Shown: positions 37,204-46,567 of the stretch, piece by piece
How positions within the stretch are numbered: position 1 is the stretch's first letter
How the letters are laid out: each line of letters starts with the position of its first letter
Assembly: GCA_020632575.1 (NCBI GenBank)
Contig: JACKFH010000020.1
Location: 2,849 to 66,848 of the forward strand
Origin: Candidatus Omnitrophota bacterium
GTDB lineage: Bacteria > Hinthialibacterota > Hinthialibacteria > OLB16
Reading direction: 5' to 3'
DNA length: 64,000 nucleotides
Made by a program: the position numbers and the translations under genes
Notes under the pieces: generated by a model
What the model was told of the DNA's origin: nothing
Databases searched by the model: none
What the model saw: the letters and a program-made list of their open reading frames with translations, nothing else

Positions 37204-37348
37204 TCCTGTAGGTGGGTATAAAGCCCGCAGTTTTCGGGTTTCAGAACCTGCTCAGCCATGCCTGTCCCTTTTTTGTGACGGTTTAGCGCGTATGGAATTC
37301 TAACAAGCGAATGTGGCCAGAGTGCCTCCGAAAAAGAGGAGGCGTCTC

Positions 37349-37944
37349 ATAAGAAGATCTTTGACAAGAAGGGGAGTGATCAAAGTCGGCGTGTATGGGA
37401 TCACTCAGCGGAAGCACAATTTGATGTCCGTGGAGTCGCTCCCGAAAATATGGGGCACAAGTTTTCCCTCTGGGAAATAGAGCCCGGTCGGTGGAGAGCC
37501 GACTTGAACGACTCGACCGGAAGGCATCGCAAGAAGTTCAAGGCGGGGTTTTTGGTCGAGGTGGTTGAGAAATCTGCTCATCATTTTTTCGAGATCGAAG
37601 AGCCGCGTCCAGCATCGCATATCACGATCTCGGACTATTTTGTCGAATGGCGGAAACGGCTGTCCTGTAGTGAAGCCACCATCAAGACGGATTACTGGCC
37701 CCGAGTTCGGCAGTTTGTCCGATGGGCGGATTCGCACGGCCTTACATTATGGAGCGATCTCCGGCTTCAGCATCTTCAACAGTACGCGAACGAGGCAGCG
37801 GAATCGGGAAACTTACGGGCCACCATCAACTTGAAAACTCGTGTCGTTTCGATGGCTGCAAGATGGGCCGCGCTAAATTGGCCCGAGCAATGTCATGACT
37901 TCACTCAGGGTTTCCGGTTGCCAAAAGGACAAGAGGGAAAGTGA
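37349..37944 (+). pseudogene. Tyrosine integrase N-terminal remnant, copy 1
   Basis: Arm-binding-like GRWRADLNDSTGRHRKKFKA and core-binding-like segment (ATIKTDY...F...W...LQQY...ATIN); no catalytic domain. Relative to copy 2 the start is ATA and there is a 1-nt deletion upstream of ATG 37450. Confidence 0.65.
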
Positions 37945-37956
37945 CTTGGGCGTAGG

Positions 37957-39759
37957 CTACCCCTCTTTCTTCGTGCTGTCGGGAAAGCTGAGTAACGCCA
38001 GTTGCCCCGCTGGTATGTTCAACCGAACTTCACTTGGACCGCTGTTCAAGATGTATTCGCTTCCGTAAATTGGTTCAAGACCATGACAGTCCCCTGAAAC
38101 GACAACCTCTTGCGTGGCCGAGGAATCTGCAATTTCTCCGTTTTCGACGGTCTTTGAGATCCCTAGGTTATTGAATACACCCACCAAGCAACGCTCATCG
38201 CCTCGCGACTGAATGCACCCCACTCGTCCGGTGACCAAAAAGGGGAGTCTGGTTTGAAGTCGCGAAATACATTCGGCCACAAATTCTGGCGTATCTTCAA
38301 AAACAAGCCCCCGATCTTTTGTCAAACCAGACTCCGCGGCCTGCTTCTGGTCAAAGTAAATGAGGAGTGGATACCTCTTCAGCAGCGCATCCGGAGCATC
38401 CGCCGACAGCACATCAAAACATCCTATCCACGGGGACGGCGTCAGGTTTCTCGAGTCTTCTCCCGGAATTCTTGGCTGCGGTGCATAGAAACTCCGCGCA
38501 AAAGATCGCAACCGGATATGAAACAAATCCGGCGGAGCCAATCGCCACACATTGTCAGTAGCACCCGCCACATAGCGAATATCAATTCCAAATGCATCGG
38601 GTGGCATTACCAGAGCGGCAGGCGTAATGGGGGTTGGGCGGGGGAAGCGCCGATTGACTGTCACAAACTCCTTGACAATGGCCCCGTACTCCGTCAAGGG
38701 ATAGTCGTCCCAATTGCTGAAGCAGCACTCAGCGCCCCATTCTTCAGCGAAAAACGCGGCCCCGCTCAGCCAACTGAAATAGAGCAAGCGGCGTTGCAGC
38801 GATCGACTGCTTCCGAATTTTGGCCCGAGATTGAATCCACTGAGCTGTGTCAAATCAGGAGTGCCGGGAGCCCACGGAGAGAAAGACAGCGCACAATACC
38901 CTCCCATCGGCGAACCGCCCCAAGGCTCGTAGTATGCTCCGAACGGTTTCCCGTATTCTCTTGCCGCGCCTCGCGCAAACGCTATTTGTAGTGCCGTCAA
39001 CGGCACTTGGTTCCCGATCTCCGGCATGACATTTTTTGCGCCCAACCGGAGTGCAGCATGATGAAGCTGGCCGAAGCCTGTTACCGAAAGGATTTGCCCC
39101 GACGCCAATGTTACATACTTTTGGAAATACTGCTCAAGGTATCGCTCAACATCATCGAGGCTCTCCAATTCCCTGAAGATGTCACGATAGGTGTTGAAGT
39201 CACCCGCTGAAAAGAATGGTCGATCAATACGACCCTCGAATCTTGCAAAGTGGGCTGCGTCGAAAGGCTCGTCATTGCTAAGAATAAGTTCGTGAACTCG
39301 CTCATAATCATGAATGGGCGAATTCCCCCATTCATGAACCTGAAAGCCGAGGAAGTTTGGGTCATTCTTCAGCGAGGTTGCGATCTGGGCCAGCCCATCC
39401 AACGACTGGTAAGGCATGCCACCACAAACCCGGTCGAAATAATAGAGCTGCCCTGATTCTCTTGCCTCGGCCAGCAAAGGAGAACCTGACCATTGGTCGC
39501 CGAAATGGTGCTTTATGGAGCCCGTGTTATGAAGGCGGTAGCCCGTCCCTTCGAGCAATCCATGTTGACGTAGACCTTCTCGAAACCTGGGTTCTGCATG
39601 TCGAAGGAAAACCATGGGCCTATCCTGGCTCTCCAGAGCAAGTTTCGATCGAGAGCCTGCAGTCTCCGACTCGCTCCGAGCAAGTCCATCGAGTGAGCAT
39701 GCCACAGAACCCAGTGCTAAGGCGCGCCCGGAAGCCTCGAGAAATTCTCGTCTCTTCAT
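37957..39759 (-). CDS. Tat-exported hypothetical protein, possibly glycan-active
   Basis: MKRREFLEASG leader; QIAFARGAAREYGKPFGAYYEPWGG segment. The function is a weak inference. Confidence 0.75.
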   Translation of the reverse strand: MKRREFLEASGRALALGSVACSLDGLARSESETAGSRSKLALESQDRPMVFLRHAEPRFREGLRQHGLLEGTGYRLHNTGSIKHHFGDQWSGSPLLAEARESGQLYYFDRVCGGMPYQSLDGLAQIATSLKNDPNFLGFQVHEWGNSPIHDYERVHELILSNDEPFDAAHFARFEGRIDRPFFSAGDFNTYRDIFRELESLDDVERYLEQYFQKYVTLASGQILSVTGFGQLHHAALRLGAKNVMPEIGNQVPLTALQIAFARGAAREYGKPFGAYYEPWGGSPMGGYCALSFSPWAPGTPDLTQLSGFNLGPKFGSSRSLQRRLLYFSWLSGAAFFAEEWGAECCFSNWDDYPLTEYGAIVKEFVTVNRRFPRPTPITPAALVMPPDAFGIDIRYVAGATDNVWRLAPPDLFHIRLRSFARSFYAPQPRIPGEDSRNLTPSPWIGCFDVLSADAPDALLKRYPLLIYFDQKQAAESGLTKDRGLVFEDTPEFVAECISRLQTRLPFLVTGRVGCIQSRGDERCLVGVFNNLGISKTVENGEIADSSATQEVVVSGDCHGLEPIYGSEYILNSGPSEVRLNIPAGQLALLSFPDSTKKEG

Positions 39760-39828
39760 TGTTGAATCTCCTCCAGTTCTCTCCAGACTTCCCGCCCGAG
39801 TTTGTAGGCTACCGCCCCGGCATCTCCT

Positions 39829-40100
39829 TCACTCAGGTGCGCCCAGCATGAGCACCCAGCCATTACCGTTACCCACATGTCCCGGAGGGTCGAATTCCCC
39901 TACTACGGGAGCGCGGCCGCTGGGAATGTTGTCCACGAAAGGCTTCATTTCATCATGGTCTGCATCTTTGACGTGCCACTTGCCGTTGCGAGGGTTGAAC
40001 CAGTACGCATTCATCAGCTTTCGAGAGGTGGTCCATGTTGACGCGAATTGTGCGACCATTCGCGCTGTAAATCATCGCATAGCCCTGTTGTTCCCGAAAA
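39829..40100 (-). pseudogene. Frameshifted C-terminal remnant of a DUF4038/putative collagen-binding-domain protein
   Basis: GYAMIYSANGRTIRVNMDHLS in one frame continues as AYWFNPRNG...EFDPPG...WVLML in another. Confidence 0.55.
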
Positions 40101-40405
40101 CTCATCTGCGCGGAGATCGGGGCCTAAGGCACACCTTTTTATCATTGGATAAAACTCTTCGGGAGATAGGGGAAGGGCAATGGATCGACCCACCTTTAAT
40201 TCCATGGTTGTTTGCTCCTTGCGGCATGGCACGCCACCAAGTGCTGCCATGCTTCCTCATTTTCCACCAACATGCAATTTGCGGACACCCAAATAGTAAG
40301 CATGGGATTCTCCAACACCGACCGATTGCGCTCTTGATTAGCGATACTCATTCCTTTGTTCGCTAATGCCGAAACCCTTTCCTAAACATCGGAAGGGGTC
40401 AACCT

Positions 40406-40720
40406 ATGAAGACCATACCTCAGGATACATTTCTGAATACTGTTGAATTGAAAGGTCTTTTGAAGGAGAAAATCAAACTTGAAAGACTTGTCCGAGATTT
40501 TGGACTGAGCGGATTGGCAAAGGGCTATTGGTCGAATGCCGTGATAGTGGCGTTGGATCGGGCCTGTGGTATCCTTCCTACCGAACGTGGCCAGGGAGCC
40601 TCCGAAAATCAGGAGGTATCTCATGGGAAGATCTGTGACAAAAAGGGTAAGAATCAGAATCGGCGATTATTGGGTCACTCAGCGGAAGCGCAATTATTCA
40701 GTCCGAGGAGCGACTCCTGA
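40406..40720 (+). CDS. Small hypothetical ORF overlapping the integrase start (possible excisionase-like protein)
   Basis: Its C-terminal half is also conserved in the copy-1 region (GILTSECGQSASE vs GILPTERGQGASE). Confidence 0.35.
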   Translation: MKTIPQDTFLNTVELKGLLKEKIKLERLVRDFGLSGLAKGYWSNAVIVALDRACGILPTERGQGASENQEVSHGKICDKKGKNQNRRLLGHSAEAQLFSPRSDS

Positions 40721-41088
40721 AACCATTGGCCGCAAGTTTTTCCCTCTGGGAAATGGAGTCCGGTCGGTGGAGAGCCAACTTGAACGACTCGACCGGAAGG
40801 CATCGCAAGAAGTTCAAGGCGGGGTCTTTGGTCGAGGCGGTTGAGAAGGCGGCTCACCATTTCTTCGGAAGCAAAGGCATCAATCCGGCATCGCATATTA
40901 CGATTTCGGATTGCTTTCTCGAATGGCGGAAACGGTTATCCTGTCGCGAAGCCACCATCAAGAGGCTATCTCAAAACCTGACCCGAAGGAATCGACGGTG
41001 CCAGATCAACGCCGATGCGAGTGGGATCAAACCGAATAAATTTCTTCAGTTTTTGTCATATCGAACGAGGATGGCCCGACACTTTTGA
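40623..41088 (+). pseudogene. Tyrosine integrase N-terminal remnant, copy 2
   Basis: AGGAGG-ATG 40623; +1 frameshift in the T5 tract 40737-40741; similarity to copy 1 stops at ATCAAG 40962. Confidence 0.65.
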
Positions 41089-41335
41089 AGCCAGGAAATA
41101 GTTCGTTCCACCACCCGGGTTTGATCTCCACGGGAATGAATGGAGACCGCGAATCGACCTCCCTCTCTGCGCGCAACCGGCGATCCCAATTACAGAAAGT
41201 CAAATACCGGACTTCCATTTTCGTGCTTTGATTTGACATGGAAAGTCCACCTCCGGGGCAAATCATCGCAAAGACGGTAGTCACACTTGGAGGTGGGGTT
41301 TACAGGAAGGTTACCGAGAGCACCCCTTCCCCGGC

Positions 41336-41355
41336 TTCGAATCCCGCCCCCGCTA
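41336..41355 (+). mobile_element. att-like scar resembling a tRNA (fMet-type) 3' end
   Basis: TTCGAAT-CCCGC-CCCCGCT-A = T-loop, T-stem 3' strand, acceptor 3' strand, discriminator; the 5' half is absent. Confidence 0.5.
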
Positions 41356-41382
41356 GAAACGCGGGATAGGGTCCTTGCTTTT

Positions 41383-43017
41383 TTACGCCGGACGCTCGAG
41401 CCGCTGTCCCAGCGCGAGCAGTTTTTCGCGCAACTTGCTGTACGCAACGTCTTGTACGCTCATGCTCTCTCGCGCTGCAATGGCCGCCGCCGCGCCCGCA
41501 GATTCGCCGAGAATCATCCAGACCGGCTCCATGCGCAGGGAAGTCATCGCGATATGGCTTGCGGAGCAGCAGACCGGCACAAGCAGGTTTTCGCATTGAC
41601 TGCGCCGAGGGGTGATGGCGTCGTAGGGTATCTTGTAGATGCCTCTGAGCTTCTCGTCCAGATAGAGAATGGAAAACTCGCCGCCGCTCAAGGCCACCTT
41701 GCCGTCGACGGCGATGGTCGCGTAGGGCCAGTCGTCTACGCCGTACGAAGCCAGGCCGATTGAGCGCTCGGGGTCGGTTTTGCCTTCGAGGTCCGTCTGC
41801 GTAATAACATAGTCGGAAACCATGCGCCGCGCCTCGCGCACATACAGCTGATGCGGCCAGCCCTGTGTATCGTCGAAGATGCCGCGCTGAAACGACGCGC
41901 GCAAAGCCAGTTCTTTCAACGTTTCAGGCACGACTGAATCGGTTCGCAGGAAATGGGTGAGGTCCCGGAAGAAGTCCTGGTGAAACTTCCAGATTCGCGC
42001 CCGTGTTTCCCAATTTCCGTCGGGGTACTCGGCGTTGCTTCCGAAAACCGTCGTCGTCAGCAAGGCCCGAAAGGTGTTTCCCTGCCCCTCCTTGTAGACG
42101 TGGCCGTTGCCCTCGACAATTTCGCCGAGGCGCGGCATCTTGCGCGAGCGCTGCAGATCGATGCCCTGCGCGAGACCCCTGCGATAGACCTCAAACTGAG
42201 AAGGGTCATAGGTCCCCGTGGGTTCGATAGGGAAGCCCGTGCCTGAGAGGTCGAGTTTGTAGCGAAAGCAGTAGCCCATGCTGAGTTTGTCGGCGGCGCC
42301 AAGCGGCGGCATTTCGCGGTCCTGAATACAGGGCAGCAGGCCGCTCGCGGGCTCGCCTGGCCGCACGTAGGGGTCGATGTCGTATACCCACAGATTTGGA
42401 CGCACGCCCGACAGGGATTCGCCGTATTGCTCAACCGACTCGCGCCCGTATGTGTATTCGACCCCGCTCTTCGCCATAAGGTCGCCTTCGTAGGAGCAGT
42501 CGATGAAGACGGCCGCCTCCACCACAACGGATTCGCGTTCTTTCGGCTGCGGCGAGGGGCAGCCTAACCCATCGGGTGGCGCATAATCGAGCGTGATTTG
42601 TGCAATGCGCGAGCCGTCGCGGCGAACGGAATTGAGACGGTGTTCGAAGACAACCTCTATGCCGTGCTCCCCGACAAGCGCCTGAAATGCGTCGCGGTAC
42701 TGAGCGTTGTCGTAGCGATGCTCAAGAATTGTGCGCGCCGTGCCCCCGACAGCCTCCTCGCGGCCCCAGTCGATGCGGCTGATGCCGCCTCCAGTCATGC
42801 CGCCGAGCCAGCGGCTGGGCTCTACAACGATGACCGCACATCCTTCGCGCGAAGCCGCGACCGCCGCCATGATCCCGCTTGCCGTCGCGCCGTACACGCA
42901 CACGTCAGCTGTTTTCAGTGGCGAAGGCTCTTTCGCGGCTGTAATTGTGACGCCCGCCGCGAGTCCCGCACCCAAGGCAACGAATTGCCTTCTTGAGATT
43001 GCTGAAAAATTTTGCAT
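41383..43017 (-). CDS. Tat-exported FAD-dependent oxidoreductase (FAD_oxidored/xanthan-lyase-associated type)
   Basis: ISRRQFVALGAG leader; ADVCVYGATASGIMAAVAA, FIDCSYEGDLMA, LYVREARRM, SASHIAMTSLRMEPVWM. Confidence 0.92.
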   Translation of the reverse strand: MQNFSAISRRQFVALGAGLAAGVTITAAKEPSPLKTADVCVYGATASGIMAAVAASREGCAVIVVEPSRWLGGMTGGGISRIDWGREEAVGGTARTILEHRYDNAQYRDAFQALVGEHGIEVVFEHRLNSVRRDGSRIAQITLDYAPPDGLGCPSPQPKERESVVVEAAVFIDCSYEGDLMAKSGVEYTYGRESVEQYGESLSGVRPNLWVYDIDPYVRPGEPASGLLPCIQDREMPPLGAADKLSMGYCFRYKLDLSGTGFPIEPTGTYDPSQFEVYRRGLAQGIDLQRSRKMPRLGEIVEGNGHVYKEGQGNTFRALLTTTVFGSNAEYPDGNWETRARIWKFHQDFFRDLTHFLRTDSVVPETLKELALRASFQRGIFDDTQGWPHQLYVREARRMVSDYVITQTDLEGKTDPERSIGLASYGVDDWPYATIAVDGKVALSGGEFSILYLDEKLRGIYKIPYDAITPRRSQCENLLVPVCCSASHIAMTSLRMEPVWMILGESAGAAAAIAARESMSVQDVAYSKLREKLLALGQRLERPA

Positions 43018-43177
43018 AGGGTTTGACCTCCGGTTCGCACGGCCAGTCGACGATATGCCCCAACTCCGAATCTGTAAATAGCGGCCAAAAAGTGAGGCGG
43101 GTGGCAGTGTAGAAGTGGAGCACCCGCGGGAGTGGGGTCCGCGTCCTAGGGTGGTTTGGTCAAGGCGTAGGGTTAGC

Positions 43178-43304
43178 AGACCGTTGAAAAACACCTCGGA
43201 CGATCTATTTTCGTAGCCCGTCAACTCACTTGCCGGGATGCGGGGAGCCTATCGGTCTATTCACACGGCAAATGAGTTGCCGGGCTACAGTTTTTCAACG
43301 GGCT
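43178..43304. mobile_element. MITE-like nested inverted-repeat element
   Basis: Outer arms AGACCGTTGAAAAAC (43178-43192) / GTTTTTCAACGGGCT (43290-43304); inner 23-bp arms 43213-43235 / 43266-43288 with 2 mismatches; TA close outside both ends. Confidence 0.65.
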
Positions 43305-43683
43305 CTAAGGAAATTCAGCCAATGCTCACAGCCTTGTGAGACGGGCCGTCGAAGGCCAATTGTTGGCTTGATTCTCGATCGTTAATTGGCGCCATTCACT
43401 ACACCGTTTGTGGTTGACCGATGAGGGCTATGAACGTCTACCCGGAGTATCCACGATCGAAACATCACAAGCCGGTCTCCCCCTTGCATAATCGCCAAGT
43501 TCAATCGACGTTTCAAAGGGAGGAAATGGACCCCGGTCACTGGGGCAGGTTGAATCTCAGTTTCATAGCGGCTGTTCGGAATGCTCATTCGTTCTTTTTG
43601 GGCACGGCCAAATAACCGTCTCCAGCCAAGTGGCAGAACGTTTTATTCTTGGCGTCGTGAGCAATCAACGCCGCCTCGGTGAG

Positions 43684-46059
43684 TTACTCCGTAAAAAGGG
43701 GCAACGCCAGAACTTTGATGGAAAAGGGAGGAAGAACCTCACTTGACTCTTCCTTCAGTAGGATCCGCGCGGATTCATCTGAGTAATTGAGAGCGAGCAC
43801 CTGGCCATCCTCCAGGATACTGAAGAATACTCTGGGAGGATGCTGGATCTTCATCGCCTGTTTTGTCCAAGGGTGCAATTGGGGAACTTCCTTAAGGACT
43901 CCTTCGATGAAATCTCCGTAAAGTGAAATAGGCTCCATGTCTCCCGGAAAACGGAAGAACGAACCGTCCCCCGTGTCCCCTCGCTCCCACGACAAGAAGA
44001 CCGAGGTGTCCCCTTCCACGGTTTCATAGGGACCCCGGGGATAGGATGGGAAAATAACCGTACCACCAGCTCGCAGCCATCTGTCGACAATTTGTTCGAC
44101 ATCAGATGGAATGACTTTTCCCCAGCAAAACACAAGGACGGAATAACGATCCAGGAAACCCTCGCGTATCAAACGTTCGTCCAGGTAATCCACATCCACC
44201 CGGCGCCTCACTTCCGCGGCACGGGAATTGAAACCCCAGGCGTACAAATGACGGAACGTCCCATCATCAAGTTGATTCATCGTTTCCGGATAGTAGACCG
44301 CGACATCGATGACCGGAGACTGGCGTAGATCCAAGAGGTGATAATACCGAAGCCAATTCTCCACCGCGTAATCGTCGTTGAAAAGGACGCTATGGCGCGT
44401 GTAAAGGTTGGAGCCATTCGTGCTTGCGGTGCTGAAGAAACGGGCAACCACTCCGCGTGCGCTGTGGAATCCTGCTGGTTCATATCCAAGACCGATCCCG
44501 TAGAGCCGTGCAGCGGTGGCGGCAAGACGCGTGGCATAAACGTTTTGTTCAAAACTGTCTGTTTCGTTGGTGAGGCGAATCCCACCAGAAATTCCTTTCA
44601 TGGACTTTGCCTGAGCAGTGAAATCGGTCCCGGCTTCCCGATATCCCCATCCCCCGGAAGACTGGTAAATTTGTGTTTTTGGCATCGCCTTACGAGCTTC
44701 TTGGGCCCAAAAGTCGCACCATTTGGTCATGGAATCCGTGTACCATTCCGTCATGTCCAATCTGCCACGAGAGGTGCGATAGGTTTCCGGAAGCTGGGGC
44801 TTAATCTCTTGAAAGGAAACGAAATTTGTCTCCCACGCCTGATTCAAGGTCTGGATCGATCCATGCCGCTCGTTCAGGAATTCCTGGAATTCTTCCTGTG
44901 CGTAGGCGTCTCCGGCCCACCAGCCGATGTGGGCGTGCATCGATATTCCTTGATGCCCGAGCGATTTTCCGGCTCCCGCCGGATATTGAGCCTCCCCGAA
45001 ATTCCCGCTCGGACCCAATCGAACGGCTTCAAGAACGCCCATCGGCTCGTAGTGTTCACCGAAGGCTTTCAAGACCCGAGTGACATGATCCCGATTCCGG
45101 GAGTTCCAAATGCTCGGGACCTGATTTGATTCGCCATGCTCGAGACAGGTGAAACCGAGATTCGATGCGTCTTCAAAATACCAGCCGGGCAGAGCGAAGG
45201 CGGAAGTGATAACCAAGTTCGGATACCACTTGAGACCATATTCTTGGATCGCTTCGACTATTTGGTCGTAATGGGAGAAATCGAAATGGCCGGGACCTGG
45301 TTCCAGCATGTCCCATCGAACAAAACACTCAATGGAAGTGAAGCCGAGCACCTTGGCCAGAGGCGCGTATTCACGGATGTTATCCAATGAGTTTGAAAGA
45401 GATGGCGGATTCCCTACGTCCTCGATGCCCACGGTGCATGTTATTTCCATGGGCCGTTCCAGCTTCACGATCGGGGTCACTTCTATCGGTACTGCGGCGG
45501 CCAATTCTTCCCACTCCAAATCTTGCGTTACCGTAAGCAGACGCATCGATTTCAAGTATTGGAGACCCACGATTTTCAGATGGGGGTTCCTGGCATTTTG
45601 CCAATCTACACTGGGAATCTCAAACTCGAATAGGGCACGGCGCACCTTTCGCGTGTTAAGCCTTGTAAATGAAACGCTACGGGAAGGCCTCATCCACTCC
45701 CCCGTAAACCGGTCATCCCGGAGCAACATCGGCTGAATCACCCCGGCTCCCTCATCGAAGAACTCGATTTCCAAAACCAGTCTCTCCTCTTCTTGAGACA
45801 GAGGGTTCTTCAAGCGAAAAAGCCATTCGACTTTCTTGTAGGGATCGTTACCCCGTTCAATTTCGATTGCGGGTTCGCCATTTCTGACCACTTCCCGGAC
45901 CATGTCCGGATTAAGGAGTTCAACTACCCCAGAGGGCCGACCATGCCCAAATTCAATCAACAGGTTTCCCTTTTCCTCTTCCAGGGAATATCCAGGCGAT
46001 AAAGCGCTAAACAAAAAGAGAAAGCCGAGCATCGAACCTCCGCTCACTTCAAACGGCAT
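43684..46059 (-). CDS. Secreted glycoside hydrolase, GH42/GH14-like TIM barrel
   Basis: FVRWDMLEPGPGHFDFSHYD, LGPSGNFGEAQYP, C-terminal class-I-GATase-like VDVDYLDE segment. Confidence 0.75.
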   Translation of the reverse strand: MPFEVSGGSMLGFLFLFSALSPGYSLEEEKGNLLIEFGHGRPSGVVELLNPDMVREVVRNGEPAIEIERGNDPYKKVEWLFRLKNPLSQEEERLVLEIEFFDEGAGVIQPMLLRDDRFTGEWMRPSRSVSFTRLNTRKVRRALFEFEIPSVDWQNARNPHLKIVGLQYLKSMRLLTVTQDLEWEELAAAVPIEVTPIVKLERPMEITCTVGIEDVGNPPSLSNSLDNIREYAPLAKVLGFTSIECFVRWDMLEPGPGHFDFSHYDQIVEAIQEYGLKWYPNLVITSAFALPGWYFEDASNLGFTCLEHGESNQVPSIWNSRNRDHVTRVLKAFGEHYEPMGVLEAVRLGPSGNFGEAQYPAGAGKSLGHQGISMHAHIGWWAGDAYAQEEFQEFLNERHGSIQTLNQAWETNFVSFQEIKPQLPETYRTSRGRLDMTEWYTDSMTKWCDFWAQEARKAMPKTQIYQSSGGWGYREAGTDFTAQAKSMKGISGGIRLTNETDSFEQNVYATRLAATAARLYGIGLGYEPAGFHSARGVVARFFSTASTNGSNLYTRHSVLFNDDYAVENWLRYYHLLDLRQSPVIDVAVYYPETMNQLDDGTFRHLYAWGFNSRAAEVRRRVDVDYLDERLIREGFLDRYSVLVFCWGKVIPSDVEQIVDRWLRAGGTVIFPSYPRGPYETVEGDTSVFLSWERGDTGDGSFFRFPGDMEPISLYGDFIEGVLKEVPQLHPWTKQAMKIQHPPRVFFSILEDGQVLALNYSDESARILLKEESSEVLPPFSIKVLALPLFTE

Positions 46060-46105
46060 GAAGACACCTCTTGATGATCATGAATGAGTCAGCACCTCAT
46101 AGATT

Positions 46106-46504
46106 TTAGGTCCGCGCTGCCCCGAATTCTATTCGATCCGATCTGGAAACCGGGGCGCCCAAGACATGTATTTCACCATCCAGACCACTTGTGGCGATCC
46201 TCTTGTTGTCTGGGCCGAAAGGGATATCGCGGACATCACGATCTTGACCCGTCAGAGTGCCATTCTCGCCGTCAGATGAGCCGTCCAGAACCTTCGCGAC
46301 ATTCCATTCGTTTCCTGGGGCTACGATAGTTCCCGTTGGACCGAAACTGATTGGGCCAGATCCTACCAAATATTCCAAGTTTCGGATTAGTTTTTCACTA
46401 CTTGCATCCCATATCGTGGCTTGCTTGTCGGCTCCCGATGCAATTAGGCGTCCATCCGCGTTGAACGACACGATTTCGACTCCACCGATCCAAGCAGCAT
46501 CCAC
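46106..46504 (-). pseudogene. Degenerate WD40-repeat fragment
   Basis: VSFNADGRLIASG..ATIWD and LTGQDRDVRDIPFGPDNKRIATSGLDG; too short for a propeller. Confidence 0.5.
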
Positions 46505-46567
46505 TCCAAATGTATATGAGACCTTTCTGGCTCTCGCGAACCAGGGAATATCCCATGGGATACAGCC

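Noticed and set aside
41289-41355. Full-length tRNA (including tRNA-Sec)
   Set aside because: Only a T-loop and acceptor 3' strand are recognisable; there is no D or anticodon arm and the T-stem is broken.
43178-43304. Autonomous insertion sequence
   Set aside because: There is no transposase between the inverted repeats; kept only as MITE-like.
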